A stretch of 64,000 nt of DNA, from sequence record PX393110.1; one strand, 5' to 3'. Position numbers and translations under genes: made by a program. Shown piece by piece: positions 27,199 to 38,073 of the stretch. Under the pieces are notes generated by a model. It made no database searches, was not told the origin of the DNA, and saw only the letters and a list, made by a program, of their open reading frames with translations. Positions within the stretch are counted from its first letter, which is position 1, and the number at the start of each line of letters is the position of its first letter. The stretch is from a phage.

Positions 27199-27824
27199 GT
27201 CTGAGCTATGATGAACTCGTTGAATCGTTCCTGTTAGAATCAGGGCAATTTATTCTGGATAGTCTGGATGATACTGCTCTTACGCAGGACCGAGTGGAGC
27301 TTATCATAGCTAAAGAGCTGGCCACCTACTCCAGATATAAACCTAATCTGGTTACTGGAGCTTTGAATCTCTGGAATAACCGAAGATTTACTGGTAAGGA
27401 TGAGCACGGTAATCCTGAGCCCATCCCTATCGTAATTCACCGACTATTCGTTAATGGTGGTTTTACTCGCTTGATCACCAACAATAGATTCGGTACCATC
27501 TCCCAGAACTACTGGCGCTTCGATAACGGGGTGTTCAATATGTATATGGAAGATGGGCAGTACTTGTGTGAGTATGCAGTAGCGCACGCCTATAATAAAG
27601 AAACTAAGTTAATCGACTCCTTAGACTTAACAGCAACTACGTTCATGAGCATGGTTCATGGTAAGATGATGCAAGTCTTAGGCAGGTCCCGACGAGCCTT
27701 CCAGATTAGTGATAGTCCTATACTGATGGATGGTGATGCACTAATAGCGGACGGCCAACAGATGTATGATCAGGCTATGGAAGATCTTAAAACCCAGAGC
27801 GATTACATGTTGGCTTCTATGTAA
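27195..27824 (+). CDS. hypothetical structural protein (head-tail connector region)
   Basis: ORF track; ATGA overlap with the upstream gene. Confidence 0.45.
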   Translation: MSLSYDELVESFLLESGQFILDSLDDTALTQDRVELIIAKELATYSRYKPNLVTGALNLWNNRRFTGKDEHGNPEPIPIVIHRLFVNGGFTRLITNNRFGTISQNYWRFDNGVFNMYMEDGQYLCEYAVAHAYNKETKLIDSLDLTATTFMSMVHGKMMQVLGRSRRAFQISDSPILMDGDALIADGQQMYDQAMEDLKTQSDYMLASM

Positions 27825-27833
27825 GAGGCTTTT

Positions 27834-28397
27834 ATGGAGAAGAGAACTCACCAGGATAGACTGGAGGAGGCTTCCCGCAAGTTCGCATTAGTTCAAATAC
27901 CGTTAGCAGTGAAAACTGCTGGTATATATTGTCGGTTGTACCGTAAAGTCAACGACCTACGTGATGAGGTCTACGGCAATTACGGCGGAGTCGACGAACT
28001 AATCCCCATTACAGCGAACTCGGTGTATTCTGGCATGGATAATGCCGTTGCATCGGCATCAGGTTCGTCGCTGGACTTATCCAGCTTGGGTACTTTAGAG
28101 GACGGTGCGCTAGCTCAGAACGAAATAGACGTCTCTTCTGGCTACGAAGTAGAAGACGAGTTCCGAGTACTGCTTACCGCATCTCAATGGCGAATAGTAG
28201 CGGGCTATGAGGGAGGCTTCCTCGAGGATAGCGGATATGCTTTTGCTCTTACCTCAAAGGACTTAAAGACAGGTGATGTCGTAGAGTTCGATAGGAAAGA
28301 CGGAGCTCTCGCGAGATTCCGAGTAATTAAGCCGGTATCTCTTGGTCGTAAGGTGGATATCGTAACCAGATTTCAATTATCGAACATAGGGGATTGA
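27834..28397 (+). CDS. hypothetical structural protein
   Basis: ORF track; RBS AAGAGG. Confidence 0.45.
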   Translation: MEKRTHQDRLEEASRKFALVQIPLAVKTAGIYCRLYRKVNDLRDEVYGNYGGVDELIPITANSVYSGMDNAVASASGSSLDLSSLGTLEDGALAQNEIDVSSGYEVEDEFRVLLTASQWRIVAGYEGGFLEDSGYAFALTSKDLKTGDVVEFDRKDGALARFRVIKPVSLGRKVDIVTRFQLSNIGD

Positions 28398-28398
28398 T

Positions 28399-29064
28399 AT
28401 GTCTAGCTTGTCAATTACCCCAGCTGATGTAGTGGCTGCTCTTAATAAGTGGATAGCTTTAAACTATAAAACTGTTAGGAGTATTGTGTTCGATCCTATG
28501 GCTGGTTACGAGACTTCCATAGAGAATGTAAGGTCCACGAGTGTCCAGCTGAATAAATATCGTGAACCTAAATCCACGATGCCTATTCTGTCGTGGAACC
28601 GGACGCCCTTCCGCAGAGGAGATATGGGTAAGACCATAACTCAGAAGATGAAAGGTGCCGATGGCAAATGGTACAACGTAACTGTAGCCATGATGAAGAT
28701 GGACTACAGATTCGTATTCTTCGCCACGAATATGAAAGATGTTGAGCAGTTTGAGGTTGACTGGTTAACGCAGCGTGGGTTAAACGGGATTACGAATGCT
28801 ACAGTGAACATGGGGCAGTCGCTAGGTGAATTTACCTTCGCCTTAAACTGGGGCATGTCTCTGGAAGATATAACCTTTAATCTGGAGACTAATTACTACA
28901 AAGCCTTAACTGGCTCTGCGGAGATTAGTGGACCGGTTATATCAGCCACGGAACTGGGTGAGGATGACCTCAATAACCTTATCGAGGTGGTTGAGTTCCA
29001 ACTCCAGTCCTGTAATGGCGGAGTACTTCCGGATAAGTTTACAATTACAGATCTCGGAGATTAA
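28399..29064 (+). CDS. hypothetical structural protein (neck / tail completion region)
   Basis: ORF track; RBS AGGGGA. Confidence 0.45.
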   Translation: MSSLSITPADVVAALNKWIALNYKTVRSIVFDPMAGYETSIENVRSTSVQLNKYREPKSTMPILSWNRTPFRRGDMGKTITQKMKGADGKWYNVTVAMMKMDYRFVFFATNMKDVEQFEVDWLTQRGLNGITNATVNMGQSLGEFTFALNWGMSLEDITFNLETNYYKALTGSAEISGPVISATELGEDDLNNLIEVVEFQLQSCNGGVLPDKFTITDLGD

Positions 29065-29066
29065 GA

Positions 29067-29257
29067 TGTCTGAACAAAATAAAACCGACGCCCCAGTTAG
29101 CGAAAAGGTTCGCCTGTTCTCTATTGTGGATCATGACGTCGAGATCACCATTAAAGGTGGTCAAACTATCCTCGTTCCTCCGAAGGGCATCCTGAAAGAT
29201 GTTCCTAAAGAGTGGCTGGAAGATGTCAAACTTCCCGCTGGCGTTAAGATGAAATAA
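29067..29257 (+). CDS. hypothetical small protein (63 aa; start refined)
   Basis: The track ORF begins inside the upstream gene; the ATG at 29067 follows the upstream stop and has a GGAGA RBS. Confidence 0.4.
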
Positions 29258-29267
29258 GGAGATTTAA

Positions 29268-31067
29268 ATGTCTGCACCACGCGTAAGCTATGCGGAGCGC
29301 GATCTGAGTGCGTACGTTCCTGCTACTGAGACTATTTATGCGGCTATCGTAGTTGATGCTGTTAAAGGTCCGGTAGAGAAACCGATCGTGCCTGGCAATG
29401 CTCCCAACTTCCTGAAAATCTTTACGCCAAATGAGCAAATCGACATCGGTATGTCTACTGCGCACTTCTCTGCGCTGACCGTGTTGGAGAAATACTCCAG
29501 CGTGGTAGTAGTCCGTGCTGCCTCTGCTGATGCTCGCTATTCCGGCGCTCTGGTAAATAACGACGGTACCGTCGTTACCGCCAGTGATATTAAAGATCCG
29601 TCTGCAGTGGATATGGACGATGAGTCCTTCCTGATTGCCGCAGCTAACCAGGGTCTTTGGGGTGATGAACTCCGCTTCCAGGTACTCGGCTATAAAGCTA
29701 CTGAGACTGTCTCTGTAACTGGCGGTATTCTTAAGTCTACCCAGAAATGGGGTGCTGGTTATCCGGTTAAGTTGGCTGGGTCTAACCTGCCTGCTGAAGT
29801 AAATGATTATACCACTTACTTCGCAGTTCCGGCTACCGGTGGTATTAAACTGGCTACCAGCCGAGCTAATGCTACTGCATCTACTCCGGTCACACTGACC
29901 GTGTCCGATGCCACTGGCGTTATCGTATCTCCGGCTGTGGAGTACACCAAGACTCCTAATACCTTCAATCTGCGGGTATTTAAAGCAGACGATCTGGTTA
30001 ATCCGGTGCTGGATGTAATCGGTTCTAAGATCAATGGTCTTAAGGATCCGGACAATAAGTCTCTGTACATCGAAGATGTTACTGCCGACAATATCTATGC
30101 TCAGGTGTTTAACAACCCTCTGAATACTGATCCGGTAGCCGACATCGTTATCCCAGCAGCATTGGGTGGTGGTTCTAACGGATCTCCGGTTACCGATGGC
30201 GACTGTATTCGTGCTCTGAACAAGCTCAACAACCCTCGTGAATTCGCCATTAAAGTGATCATGAACGGTGGCCGTACTTCTCAGGCTTACGGTTCGGCAA
30301 TCATCGCTCTGGCAGAGTCCCGTGCTGACTGCGTCGGTATTACCTCGGTTCCTCTGACTGCACAGGGTGGCGTATCTCCTGCTCAGTCTATGGTTAACTA
30401 TCGTAAGCACGACACTAACTGGGATACCAGTTATGCTGCCATGTATGCGCCTCACGTTAAGATCTACGATCGTTACAACGACCGTAATCTGTGGGTATCT
30501 CCGGACGGTGTTGCGACGAAGGCTATCTTCGATACTGCGTCTAACTTCGAGATCTGGTACCCAGTTGGTGGTAACAAGCGCGGTGTGGTTAACGTGCTGG
30601 ATACGTACGTACACCTGCTCGATTCTGACCAGGATCTTCTGTATGATGCGGGTATTAACCCTATCGTATTCGAAGAAGGCGAAGGTATCAAGATCTGGGG
30701 TCAGAAGACTCTTCAGTATGCCAGCTCCATGCTGGATCGTCTGAACGTCCGACTCCTGCTGGTTACCATCGGTCCGGCTATCCGTAAACTGTTGGCGAAC
30801 TTCCTGTTCGAATTCAACGATGCGGATACTCGTGCACTGGCTAAAGGTATGGTCGATACCTATATGGATTCGATCATGGCTCGTCGTGGTGTTACTAAGT
30901 ACGTCACTATCTGTGATGATACCAACAACACTGCAAGCGATGTGGATAACCATATCCTGAGAGTAAGCCTGCTGGTTTGCCCGAATAATTCGACCGAATA
31001 CATCCCTCTGACTATTGGTATTACCAATAACAGTGTGGACTTCGATCTGGCCGCGGAAGCACTGTAA
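29268..31067 (+). CDS. Tail sheath protein
   Basis: 599 aa, strong RBS AAGGAG, immediately upstream of a 174-aa tube-sized protein; myovirus synteny. Confidence 0.6.
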   Translation: MSAPRVSYAERDLSAYVPATETIYAAIVVDAVKGPVEKPIVPGNAPNFLKIFTPNEQIDIGMSTAHFSALTVLEKYSSVVVVRAASADARYSGALVNNDGTVVTASDIKDPSAVDMDDESFLIAAANQGLWGDELRFQVLGYKATETVSVTGGILKSTQKWGAGYPVKLAGSNLPAEVNDYTTYFAVPATGGIKLATSRANATASTPVTLTVSDATGVIVSPAVEYTKTPNTFNLRVFKADDLVNPVLDVIGSKINGLKDPDNKSLYIEDVTADNIYAQVFNNPLNTDPVADIVIPAALGGGSNGSPVTDGDCIRALNKLNNPREFAIKVIMNGGRTSQAYGSAIIALAESRADCVGITSVPLTAQGGVSPAQSMVNYRKHDTNWDTSYAAMYAPHVKIYDRYNDRNLWVSPDGVATKAIFDTASNFEIWYPVGGNKRGVVNVLDTYVHLLDSDQDLLYDAGINPIVFEEGEGIKIWGQKTLQYASSMLDRLNVRLLLVTIGPAIRKLLANFLFEFNDADTRALAKGMVDTYMDSIMARRGVTKYVTICDDTNNTASDVDNHILRVSLLVCPNNSTEYIPLTIGITNNSVDFDLAAEAL

Positions 31068-31077
31068 GGAGATCAGG

Positions 31078-31602
31078 ATGCCGCCTATTACTTTGGATCA
31101 AGTCCGCAATCTGGGAGACTTCGCCACGATCGTCGACTGGGAATTACAGTTCATCACTGTACCTTCCGGCCTGAATAATCTGTCGGATGCAGTCTTCCTG
31201 CGTTGCGAATCTTCGGATATTCCGAAAAAGACTGGTACTTCCACATCTATCCAGATTCGTGGTCTGGTACCGGTTAAACAGCCTGGGATTTACGCTCCTC
31301 CGCAGACTCTTACACTCACCTGTAACGAAACTGTGGATAACGCAATCGCTCAGCAGATTGCTAACTGGCGTGAAATGTGCTATCAGACTGGTACTGGCGT
31401 TGCTGGTCGTACTCAGGATGTTAAGGCGAAACTGCGTCTTAAACGTCTGAATCGTCAGAAAGTCGGTATCTGGTATTATGATCTCGAAGGTGTATTCCTG
31501 GAAGATTATGATGCTGGTGGCCAGCTGGGCTCTACTTCGGCTGACGTACTGAAACCAGTCCTGACGTTGTCCTACGACGACTTCAAGGAAGGAGCTCTTT
31601 AA
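31078..31602 (+). CDS. Tail tube protein
   Basis: 174 aa from the ATG at 31078 (RBS AGGAGA); the track start at 31015 lies inside the sheath gene. Confidence 0.5.
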   Translation: MPPITLDQVRNLGDFATIVDWELQFITVPSGLNNLSDAVFLRCESSDIPKKTGTSTSIQIRGLVPVKQPGIYAPPQTLTLTCNETVDNAIAQQIANWREMCYQTGTGVAGRTQDVKAKLRLKRLNRQKVGIWYYDLEGVFLEDYDAGGQLGSTSADVLKPVLTLSYDDFKEGAL

Positions 31603-31616
31603 TAGAGAGGTAGACC

Positions 31617-32093
31617 GTGTTTTTGAATAATGTTCAACAAGTACGGTCTATCGAATGGGGACAAATGCACTTATGGGATGTAAGATTCCCTGATGCTCCG
31701 TCCCCATTCTCCGACTGGTTTCCTGCTACGGATTATCAGTTGAACTCAGTAACTGGGCTAGCTATGTCTCAGCAGTTTTACATGCGAGATTTTAAGTTCC
31801 CCCAGAGTAAAGGATCTCCGGATTTAACTTTCCAGGTATTGGACGATGAGAAGATGACACTCCACGAGTGGTATCATCATTGGTTCGACGAAATATACCA
31901 GGAGTCTTCCGGAGTACTTACTTTAGCTGAGTGCGTTAGACCAGTTATAGTAGCTACCCTAAATCGTCAGAGACAGAGAGTGTTGTTAGAGACATTCTAT
32001 GTATTCCCAGACGGTGCGGTAAATAGAAGTGGCTCGTCCAATTCGGACCAAGTCAACTTCACAATGAACTTCATCATAGCAGGTAAGAACTAA
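31617..32093 (+). CDS. hypothetical protein, possible tail assembly chaperone (GTG start)
   Basis: Position between tube and tape measure. Confidence 0.35.
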   Translation: MFLNNVQQVRSIEWGQMHLWDVRFPDAPSPFSDWFPATDYQLNSVTGLAMSQQFYMRDFKFPQSKGSPDLTFQVLDDEKMTLHEWYHHWFDEIYQESSGVLTLAECVRPVIVATLNRQRQRVLLETFYVFPDGAVNRSGSSNSDQVNFTMNFIIAGKN

Positions 32094-32099
32094 GGATCA

Positions 32100-32930
32100 A
32101 TGATGGAAACTGTATCTCGTGAAGAATTAGCGTCCCAGAAGGCTTCCGAGGAAGTCGTTGCTGCGACTCCTGTAGTCGATCCGGCTACGTCAGACTCTAC
32201 TGGTATTCTGATTACCGCGGAACAGCTTCCGTCTAGGTTCTTAGCTTACCCTGCTGGTACCACTATTTCGTATAAGCCCTACAGCTTCGGCGAAGTAGAA
32301 AGATGGTCCCACGGTAAGATGACTCTTGAGCAGAAGATTGAACTAACCTTCGCCAACATCGAAACTCGCGGTATCACTAAGGGACAGATCGTATTCGAAG
32401 ATCTCCTCCTTATTATGGTACTCCGTAAGTTAACCACGTTTTCTAAGAACGAGTGGCGTCTTTCCTACACATGCCCAGGTTGCCAGGAATATATCTCCTC
32501 TAGCCGTAGCTTAAGCGAGATTATCTTCCAGGACTTAACCGAAATAGAAGAATTGCCTATTATCCTCGATCTTCCTAATGGGGATACTCTGGAATTCACT
32601 CCGTTTACTGTTGATGATATGATGGTGTGCCGTCGTATCTCTCCAGAGCGCTCTGCGGAAGTAGAGTTGCCTAAGATGGTCCGTAATAAGACCTACGAAG
32701 AAGCCAAGAAGATTATCCTCGAGAATAAAGACTCTGATGTAATTCAGGCTCTCCAGATGATCGACGAAATTCTTGACTTTGGTCGCCAGTATATCGAATG
32801 TGCTTGCCCTAAGTGTGGACATAAGGCCGAAGTAACGGTCAAGGGGGTAAGCCAGCTGGCGGAACCGTTTCGTAGAGATGAAGTCTCTATTAAACATCTC
32901 ATCTCTTTTGGCAAGAAGAAACATGGTTGA
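32100..32930 (+). CDS. Zinc-ribbon-containing protein, possible tail assembly chaperone
   Basis: CPGC and CPKCGH pairs; position immediately upstream of the tape measure. Confidence 0.35.
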   Translation: MMETVSREELASQKASEEVVAATPVVDPATSDSTGILITAEQLPSRFLAYPAGTTISYKPYSFGEVERWSHGKMTLEQKIELTFANIETRGITKGQIVFEDLLLIMVLRKLTTFSKNEWRLSYTCPGCQEYISSSRSLSEIIFQDLTEIEELPIILDLPNGDTLEFTPFTVDDMMVCRRISPERSAEVELPKMVRNKTYEEAKKIILENKDSDVIQALQMIDEILDFGRQYIECACPKCGHKAEVTVKGVSQLAEPFRRDEVSIKHLISFGKKKHG

Positions 32931-33008
32931 TCTTTACCACGTGAAAAGGATGGACTTTTCCGAGGCATTCCACCATTATCAAGAAATAGTTGCTGCGGAG
33001 AGTAAATA

Positions 33009-35930
33009 ATGGTTAGCATAGTTAGAGGCATATCTGGGATTGCTCGTACAGAAGCTACCGATCCGGTTAAGGATGCCTCTGATTACGAGCATGCCAGGTC
33101 TAAATTGGAAGAAGATCTTATCGGGATTCGTTCTACTGTTAAGATACTCTCCAGCAACGATGTAGATGTAGGTCTTAGCTCTGATGAAGTTAAGACCCTG
33201 AATACACTGATGGGTAAGTTTTATGGTAGGGCTAAGTTCTCTACCCAGGAAGCTGAGCAGCTGATCTCCTTAAGAGATAAAGTCGGCCAGGTTGCGGATA
33301 TGTACGCTACTGCCGAGGATCAAAAGGCCATCGCTGCAGAATCTTTACTCGACACCTATCAGTCAATACTGAATGACTCTAGACTTACTCGTGGCGTCCG
33401 TATGACTGCTATGAGAGAACTGAGTGGGTTACTTCGGGTACTTAACGTATCCAATTCCTCACTCAGTACTATCAATATGCGGAAGAATAACCGCATTATT
33501 GAGCAAGCTAGAGCCGAGTTAGCCAACCAGAACGTAAAGATTAAGTATTCTGATACGGTAAAAGTTGCTAACTTAACGAACAGGAGTAAGGATGAGAGGG
33601 ATACTCTTGACAGATTTAACATACGTCAAACTGGCCGTAATTTAAGGGACTCGTTCCTTAATACCCCATCGCAGTTTTCCGTAGGTTCTGTCCGCAAGGA
33701 AGCACTCTCATCTGGTCTAGGTGCCCTAGGTTTAGGAGACCTGGATAGTGTATTCGGTATATCTGATAAATTGGATGGTGCTATATCATCCATGTTCCGT
33801 AAAAGGAAAGATGAACCGGATACTACTGACGAAGAATTAAAGGCCATATCTCGAGAGATTCTTAAATCGGAAAATAAGCCCGATGGAGAATCTTCCACTG
33901 AGGCCTCTGCTAAAGTTGACGGTAAAGAGACTAAGGTCGAGATTACCACTCCAGATGCTACTGTAAATCCAAAACCCAGTTTCGGCCCTACTCCAGAAGA
34001 GGAGCAGAATCAGAAGCTGGATGAGATTAACAATAGCATTCGAGAGTTAATTAATGAGACTAGGTCTGGTCAGGACGAAATGTCCCGTAAGCAGACTCAG
34101 CTAATTAATGGTCAGTCTACTTTGGTGGATATCGACGAGCAATTGGTGTCGGTAACCAGAGCTAATGGAAGAGCTAACCATGAAGAAATTGATCCTTTCG
34201 CTAACGAACAGAAGCAGGGTGCTGCTGATTCTATCTTTGATGATCTTCTCGGTGGTGATGAGCGTGGCCGTAGAGGTAGAAGAGGTCGTGGAAGAAGAGG
34301 CAGGACTCGTCTCGGTCGTGGACTCAGTAAGTTCGGTAGACTCGGTAGGATGGCAGGCGGAGCAGTCGACGCAGCTGCCACCGGAGGACTTGCGAGAGGT
34401 GCTGCTCGTGGAGGCGGCGCGCTTCTGAGAGCTGGTCTTAAGGGAGCTAAGTTCATCCCAGGAATAGGGTTAGCCGTAACTGCTGGTATGGGAGTTTACG
34501 ATGCTGTCTCTGGATGGGATGGAGATAAGGCTAAAGAGCTATTCGGTAGGGACGATAACTGGGCTAAGGCTGGCTCGTCGGCAGCTTCATTAGCGTCTGG
34601 GTTAACTTTCGGGTTAGCATCTCCAGAGGATGTGGTGAATGTCGCTAAGTCTGCTGTAGATACTGTACAGAAGACATACGAAGGTGCGGTTAATATTGCA
34701 AATAACCTGACGGCATCATTCTCGGGGATGTATAAGAATGCATCTGACTGGCTTTCCCAGACCGCCTCCGATACATCTAAGTGGTTCTCCGATAAGTATA
34801 ATGATTCAGCTAACTGGTTATCCAGTAAGATGGATGATACGACTAAATGGTTTTCCGATAGTTACGATTCGGTAACCAAGTCCATAACAGGAGAAATCAG
34901 TGAATTATCTAACTTGGTTACAGAATTTATCAATGACCCTATGAAGTCTATAGGCGAGGGTATTGGTGGATTGTTCGACTGGCTATCAGACTTACCAGTA
35001 GTCGGTGACTTCTTTAAAGGACTTAAGAAAGGAGCTGCTGCGGTATCCAATGGGATTATCGGAGCAGGTGCCTCCATAGTTAATGGCGCAAGAACTGTTG
35101 GTGGTATAATCTCCAATGGTTATGATAGTGCTGTTGATGCTGGTGGCGGTATCCTACAGTCCGCTATGCAGAATGCCTCTCGATACCTCCCCAGCTCTAA
35201 AGAGCAGACGGAGCGTAAGAATAATCTGGCAGAGTATGCTAAGCAGCAAGGAATCGACGATAAAGAACTGGCTCTATTCATGGGTCAGGTTCAGCACGAA
35301 TCTGGTAACTTCCGTTATAATAAAGAGCTAGCCTCTGGTAGAGCGTACGAAGGTCGTAAAGATCTGGGTAATGTAAATGCTGGTGACGGGGTTCGTTATA
35401 AGGGTCGTGGATGGATACAGCTGACTGGTAGAGCTAATTACCAGAAATATGGTAAGATGCTGGGTATAGATCTCGAGAATAATCCTGAGATGGCCGAAGA
35501 TCCCGAAATCGCCAATAAACTGGCGGTCGCATACTGGAAAGACCGTGTGCAACCTCAGCTGGAGAAGAAAGGAGCTACTGTTGAAGTGGCAACTAAGGCA
35601 GTCAATGGTGGGTATAATGGGTTAGCAGACCGTGCTGCATACACTGCAGAATGGATGAAGAATGGCTCTGATGCTGAGGCATCTAAGTCAGGAGCTACCC
35701 AGGTTGCTCAGAACGTACCTCTCGAGGTTCCTAAAGCTCCTACCCCTACAGACGATGTTAATAAACAACGTCAAGATCAGAATAATCAATTGGCTGCTAT
35801 GGCTGCTGGTTCCACCAGGAACCAGGATCCTGCTGCTACAACTCCTAACGTACCATCAGTGGTTACGGATAAGAGTGACACTATTGATGACTATGGTCTG
35901 GCGTTCTTCAACAAGATGGTGTTCTCATAA
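33009..35930 (+). CDS. Tail tape measure protein with a C-terminal GH19-type lysozyme-like domain
   Basis: 973 aa; long helical region; Arg/Gly tract GRRGRRGRGRRGRTRLGRG; internal repeats (SKWFSDKYNDSANWLSSKMDDTTKWFSDSYDS); C-terminal QVQHESGNF...YKGRGWIQLTGRANY matches the GH19 catalytic region. Confidence 0.65.
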   Translation: MVSIVRGISGIARTEATDPVKDASDYEHARSKLEEDLIGIRSTVKILSSNDVDVGLSSDEVKTLNTLMGKFYGRAKFSTQEAEQLISLRDKVGQVADMYATAEDQKAIAAESLLDTYQSILNDSRLTRGVRMTAMRELSGLLRVLNVSNSSLSTINMRKNNRIIEQARAELANQNVKIKYSDTVKVANLTNRSKDERDTLDRFNIRQTGRNLRDSFLNTPSQFSVGSVRKEALSSGLGALGLGDLDSVFGISDKLDGAISSMFRKRKDEPDTTDEELKAISREILKSENKPDGESSTEASAKVDGKETKVEITTPDATVNPKPSFGPTPEEEQNQKLDEINNSIRELINETRSGQDEMSRKQTQLINGQSTLVDIDEQLVSVTRANGRANHEEIDPFANEQKQGAADSIFDDLLGGDERGRRGRRGRGRRGRTRLGRGLSKFGRLGRMAGGAVDAAATGGLARGAARGGGALLRAGLKGAKFIPGIGLAVTAGMGVYDAVSGWDGDKAKELFGRDDNWAKAGSSAASLASGLTFGLASPEDVVNVAKSAVDTVQKTYEGAVNIANNLTASFSGMYKNASDWLSQTASDTSKWFSDKYNDSANWLSSKMDDTTKWFSDSYDSVTKSITGEISELSNLVTEFINDPMKSIGEGIGGLFDWLSDLPVVGDFFKGLKKGAAAVSNGIIGAGASIVNGARTVGGIISNGYDSAVDAGGGILQSAMQNASRYLPSSKEQTERKNNLAEYAKQQGIDDKELALFMGQVQHESGNFRYNKELASGRAYEGRKDLGNVNAGDGVRYKGRGWIQLTGRANYQKYGKMLGIDLENNPEMAEDPEIANKLAVAYWKDRVQPQLEKKGATVEVATKAVNGGYNGLADRAAYTAEWMKNGSDAEASKSGATQVAQNVPLEVPKAPTPTDDVNKQRQDQNNQLAAMAAGSTRNQDPAATTPNVPSVVTDKSDTIDDYGLAFFNKMVFS

Positions 35931-36565
35931 TGGCAGTATTAGACATCGAGAAGCTATACGCGAATCCAGATGCTAGAATTGTCTTAGTCCATCCTGGTAA
36001 CAAAGCCCGTACTGTAGGTCTGATAGAGACGGATTTCGGATTCGATATTTCGTCTCTGTTTGAATCTGGTGAGAACCTGATGGCTGGCACCTTAACTCGT
36101 GGTGCTAATGCGGTAGCTAATACCGTAGGTATGGATCAGATGGTTATACGAAATATTCGTGAGACCATCGCTCAGTGGCGTGGGAGTACTAAACCGGTAT
36201 TCCCTATACCTCTGACAATTATCTCATACAATCCATCCATCAGACCTCTGGACATAGTTAAAGAGTTCCTGGCTGGGGTAACTTACACCACCAGGAACGG
36301 ACTTATGTTCGGAGCTCCTAATGGGTACTCTGTAACCAAGGCGACTGGTAATTTCAATCCGGATACCGCTATAACAGGTACATGGACTCTGCAGATCGGC
36401 CAGTGGTTCAGGGCAACTAGCCTTATACTCGTGAACGTGTCGACTCAGTACAGCAAGGAAATAGCTCGCTCTACTGGTCAGCCGTTATGGGCTAAGGTTC
36501 AACTGTCCTTTACCCCAGCATATCTGCCGGATGAGGATCATGTAAGATCCTGGTTTATTAAATAG
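35930..36565 (+). CDS. hypothetical baseplate/tail protein
   Basis: ORF track; start overlaps the tape measure stop. Confidence 0.45.
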   Translation: MAVLDIEKLYANPDARIVLVHPGNKARTVGLIETDFGFDISSLFESGENLMAGTLTRGANAVANTVGMDQMVIRNIRETIAQWRGSTKPVFPIPLTIISYNPSIRPLDIVKEFLAGVTYTTRNGLMFGAPNGYSVTKATGNFNPDTAITGTWTLQIGQWFRATSLILVNVSTQYSKEIARSTGQPLWAKVQLSFTPAYLPDEDHVRSWFIK

Positions 36566-36572
36566 GTGACTT

Positions 36573-36950
36573 ATGTTCAAGATAGACTCAGACAAATTGG
36601 CTCAGAGATATGATATCTCTAAATTCATGTCTAATGAGAATGGGTCTATCTTGGACTCTGTCGATTCTGAATTTATGTACAAACTGAAGAATCTTTCTCG
36701 GTATGGTACATATACAGTGATCTCAGAAGTGGGTAGACCCGACCTCCTCTCAGAACGAATCTATGGTGCTGGATTGACTCAGTACTGGTGGATTCTTATG
36801 ATGGTGAATGAGTTGCGGTTCCCATGGGACTTAACCATGAACTTAGTTCTGAGATATCCACTGATTGACGATCTGGAAGATATTTACTTCTCGCTAACTC
36901 CAGATGTGTCATCTGTCTCCGCTACTGCTAAAGTGGAGAGCTTATCATGA
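36573..36950 (+). CDS. Possible LysM-like tail protein (P2 gpX-like)
   Basis: YTVISEVGRPDLLSERIYGAGLTQYWWILMMVNEL resembles a LysM fold segment; baseplate synteny. Confidence 0.3.
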   Translation: MFKIDSDKLAQRYDISKFMSNENGSILDSVDSEFMYKLKNLSRYGTYTVISEVGRPDLLSERIYGAGLTQYWWILMMVNELRFPWDLTMNLVLRYPLIDDLEDIYFSLTPDVSSVSATAKVESLS

Positions 36951-38071
36951 TAGGTGTAAAAGGTCAATATGTTGCCATGTTCAAGATTGGCGACTTTAAA
37001 GACTTCATCGGCCCTAGAGATCTTATCCAGTTTAAGATCATCGAAGAGGCTGGTAACGTTATGCCTACATATGAGCTAGTTTTCGAGTGCCGAGATGAGC
37101 AAATAGTTTCGGTACTTAAGGAAGGTAACTTCATTTATGCTAGTTTCGGTCGTAACGAAGCCAGCATGATTAACGTTAAGTTAGCTATCCTAAAACGTCA
37201 GAAAACTAATTTCGGCGTAGGGTCTCAAATCCTCAGAGTCCTGGGAGTCTTCGGAGCTGTTCCGTACAGAATAGATTCCCAGGCAGCAAGTCATACTGGT
37301 ACCTCGATAGAGGTAATGAAGTCTATAGTCTCTAAGTATTTTAAGGCTGACTTCAACTGCCCAGCATCTGATAACAAGATGAACTGGTTGCAGAATAACA
37401 TTAACGATCGAGATTTCGTTAACCAGTTATGGCTTCACAGTAATTTAAACTCCGATACGCCATTGGTGGGTATTACTACCGATGGTTTGTTTAGGGTCCG
37501 GTCTATCTCTACAGCAGTGGACAGGAATAATCCTAACTGGAAGTTAACTTCCCTAGAGACCAAAGATGCTGGTGCTATCTATTATGACAAGCCACCTAAC
37601 ATCTATAGCGATTCAGGGGCAGTAAATGCTCTTGGTGGCTATGCCAAATCCAGGATTGTTCACAATCAGAGCGACAATCAGTCGTTCTACTCCACTCCTC
37701 AGGGATCCCCTATCCTATCAGTATCGAGTAATCAGGAAGTCTCGGATACGGGACGGCGTCTGGGAGGAGTGTCTATCCTTAATGAGAATGTACATTCTTC
37801 CTACCATTCGTCCTTCGATTACAACATCCGAAACCTCCTCCGATTATCCATGATGAAAGCTAAAGTCGAGATTACTGGGTATTATTTCAACATCCGAGTT
37901 CTCGATTCTGTATTACTTAAAGAAGACTCCGATGCTCGTCGTAAGGAAGCCAACATGGATTCGTCAGGTCTTTGGCTAACCCAGAAGGTGTGCAGGATCT
38001 TCACTAATAAAGACTTATGTACCGTCCTTACGTTGTGCAGAGATGGGATGAATAATTCCAGAGAGGTTTAA
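36947..38071 (+). CDS. Baseplate hub / late-control-D-like tail protein
   Basis: 374 aa; located between the gpX-like and gpV-like genes as in P2-type baseplate clusters. Confidence 0.35.
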   Translation: MIGVKGQYVAMFKIGDFKDFIGPRDLIQFKIIEEAGNVMPTYELVFECRDEQIVSVLKEGNFIYASFGRNEASMINVKLAILKRQKTNFGVGSQILRVLGVFGAVPYRIDSQAASHTGTSIEVMKSIVSKYFKADFNCPASDNKMNWLQNNINDRDFVNQLWLHSNLNSDTPLVGITTDGLFRVRSISTAVDRNNPNWKLTSLETKDAGAIYYDKPPNIYSDSGAVNALGGYAKSRIVHNQSDNQSFYSTPQGSPILSVSSNQEVSDTGRRLGGVSILNENVHSSYHSSFDYNIRNLLRLSMMKAKVEITGYYFNIRVLDSVLLKEDSDARRKEANMDSSGLWLTQKVCRIFTNKDLCTVLTLCRDGMNNSREV

Positions 38072-38073
38072 GT

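Noticed and set aside
29244-30953. 569-aa minus-strand ORF overlapping the tail sheath gene
   Set aside because: Antisense to the sheath gene; opposite orientation to every neighbouring gene; no RBS.
31617-32930. Programmed -1 frameshift between the two chaperone-position genes
   Set aside because: The two ORFs do not overlap, and no slippery heptamer was seen at the junction.
34112-34456. Pro/Arg/Ala-rich 114-aa minus-strand ORF and other small ORFs inside the tape measure gene
   Set aside because: Antisense to the Arg/Gly-rich repeat region of the tape measure; a compositional artefact.
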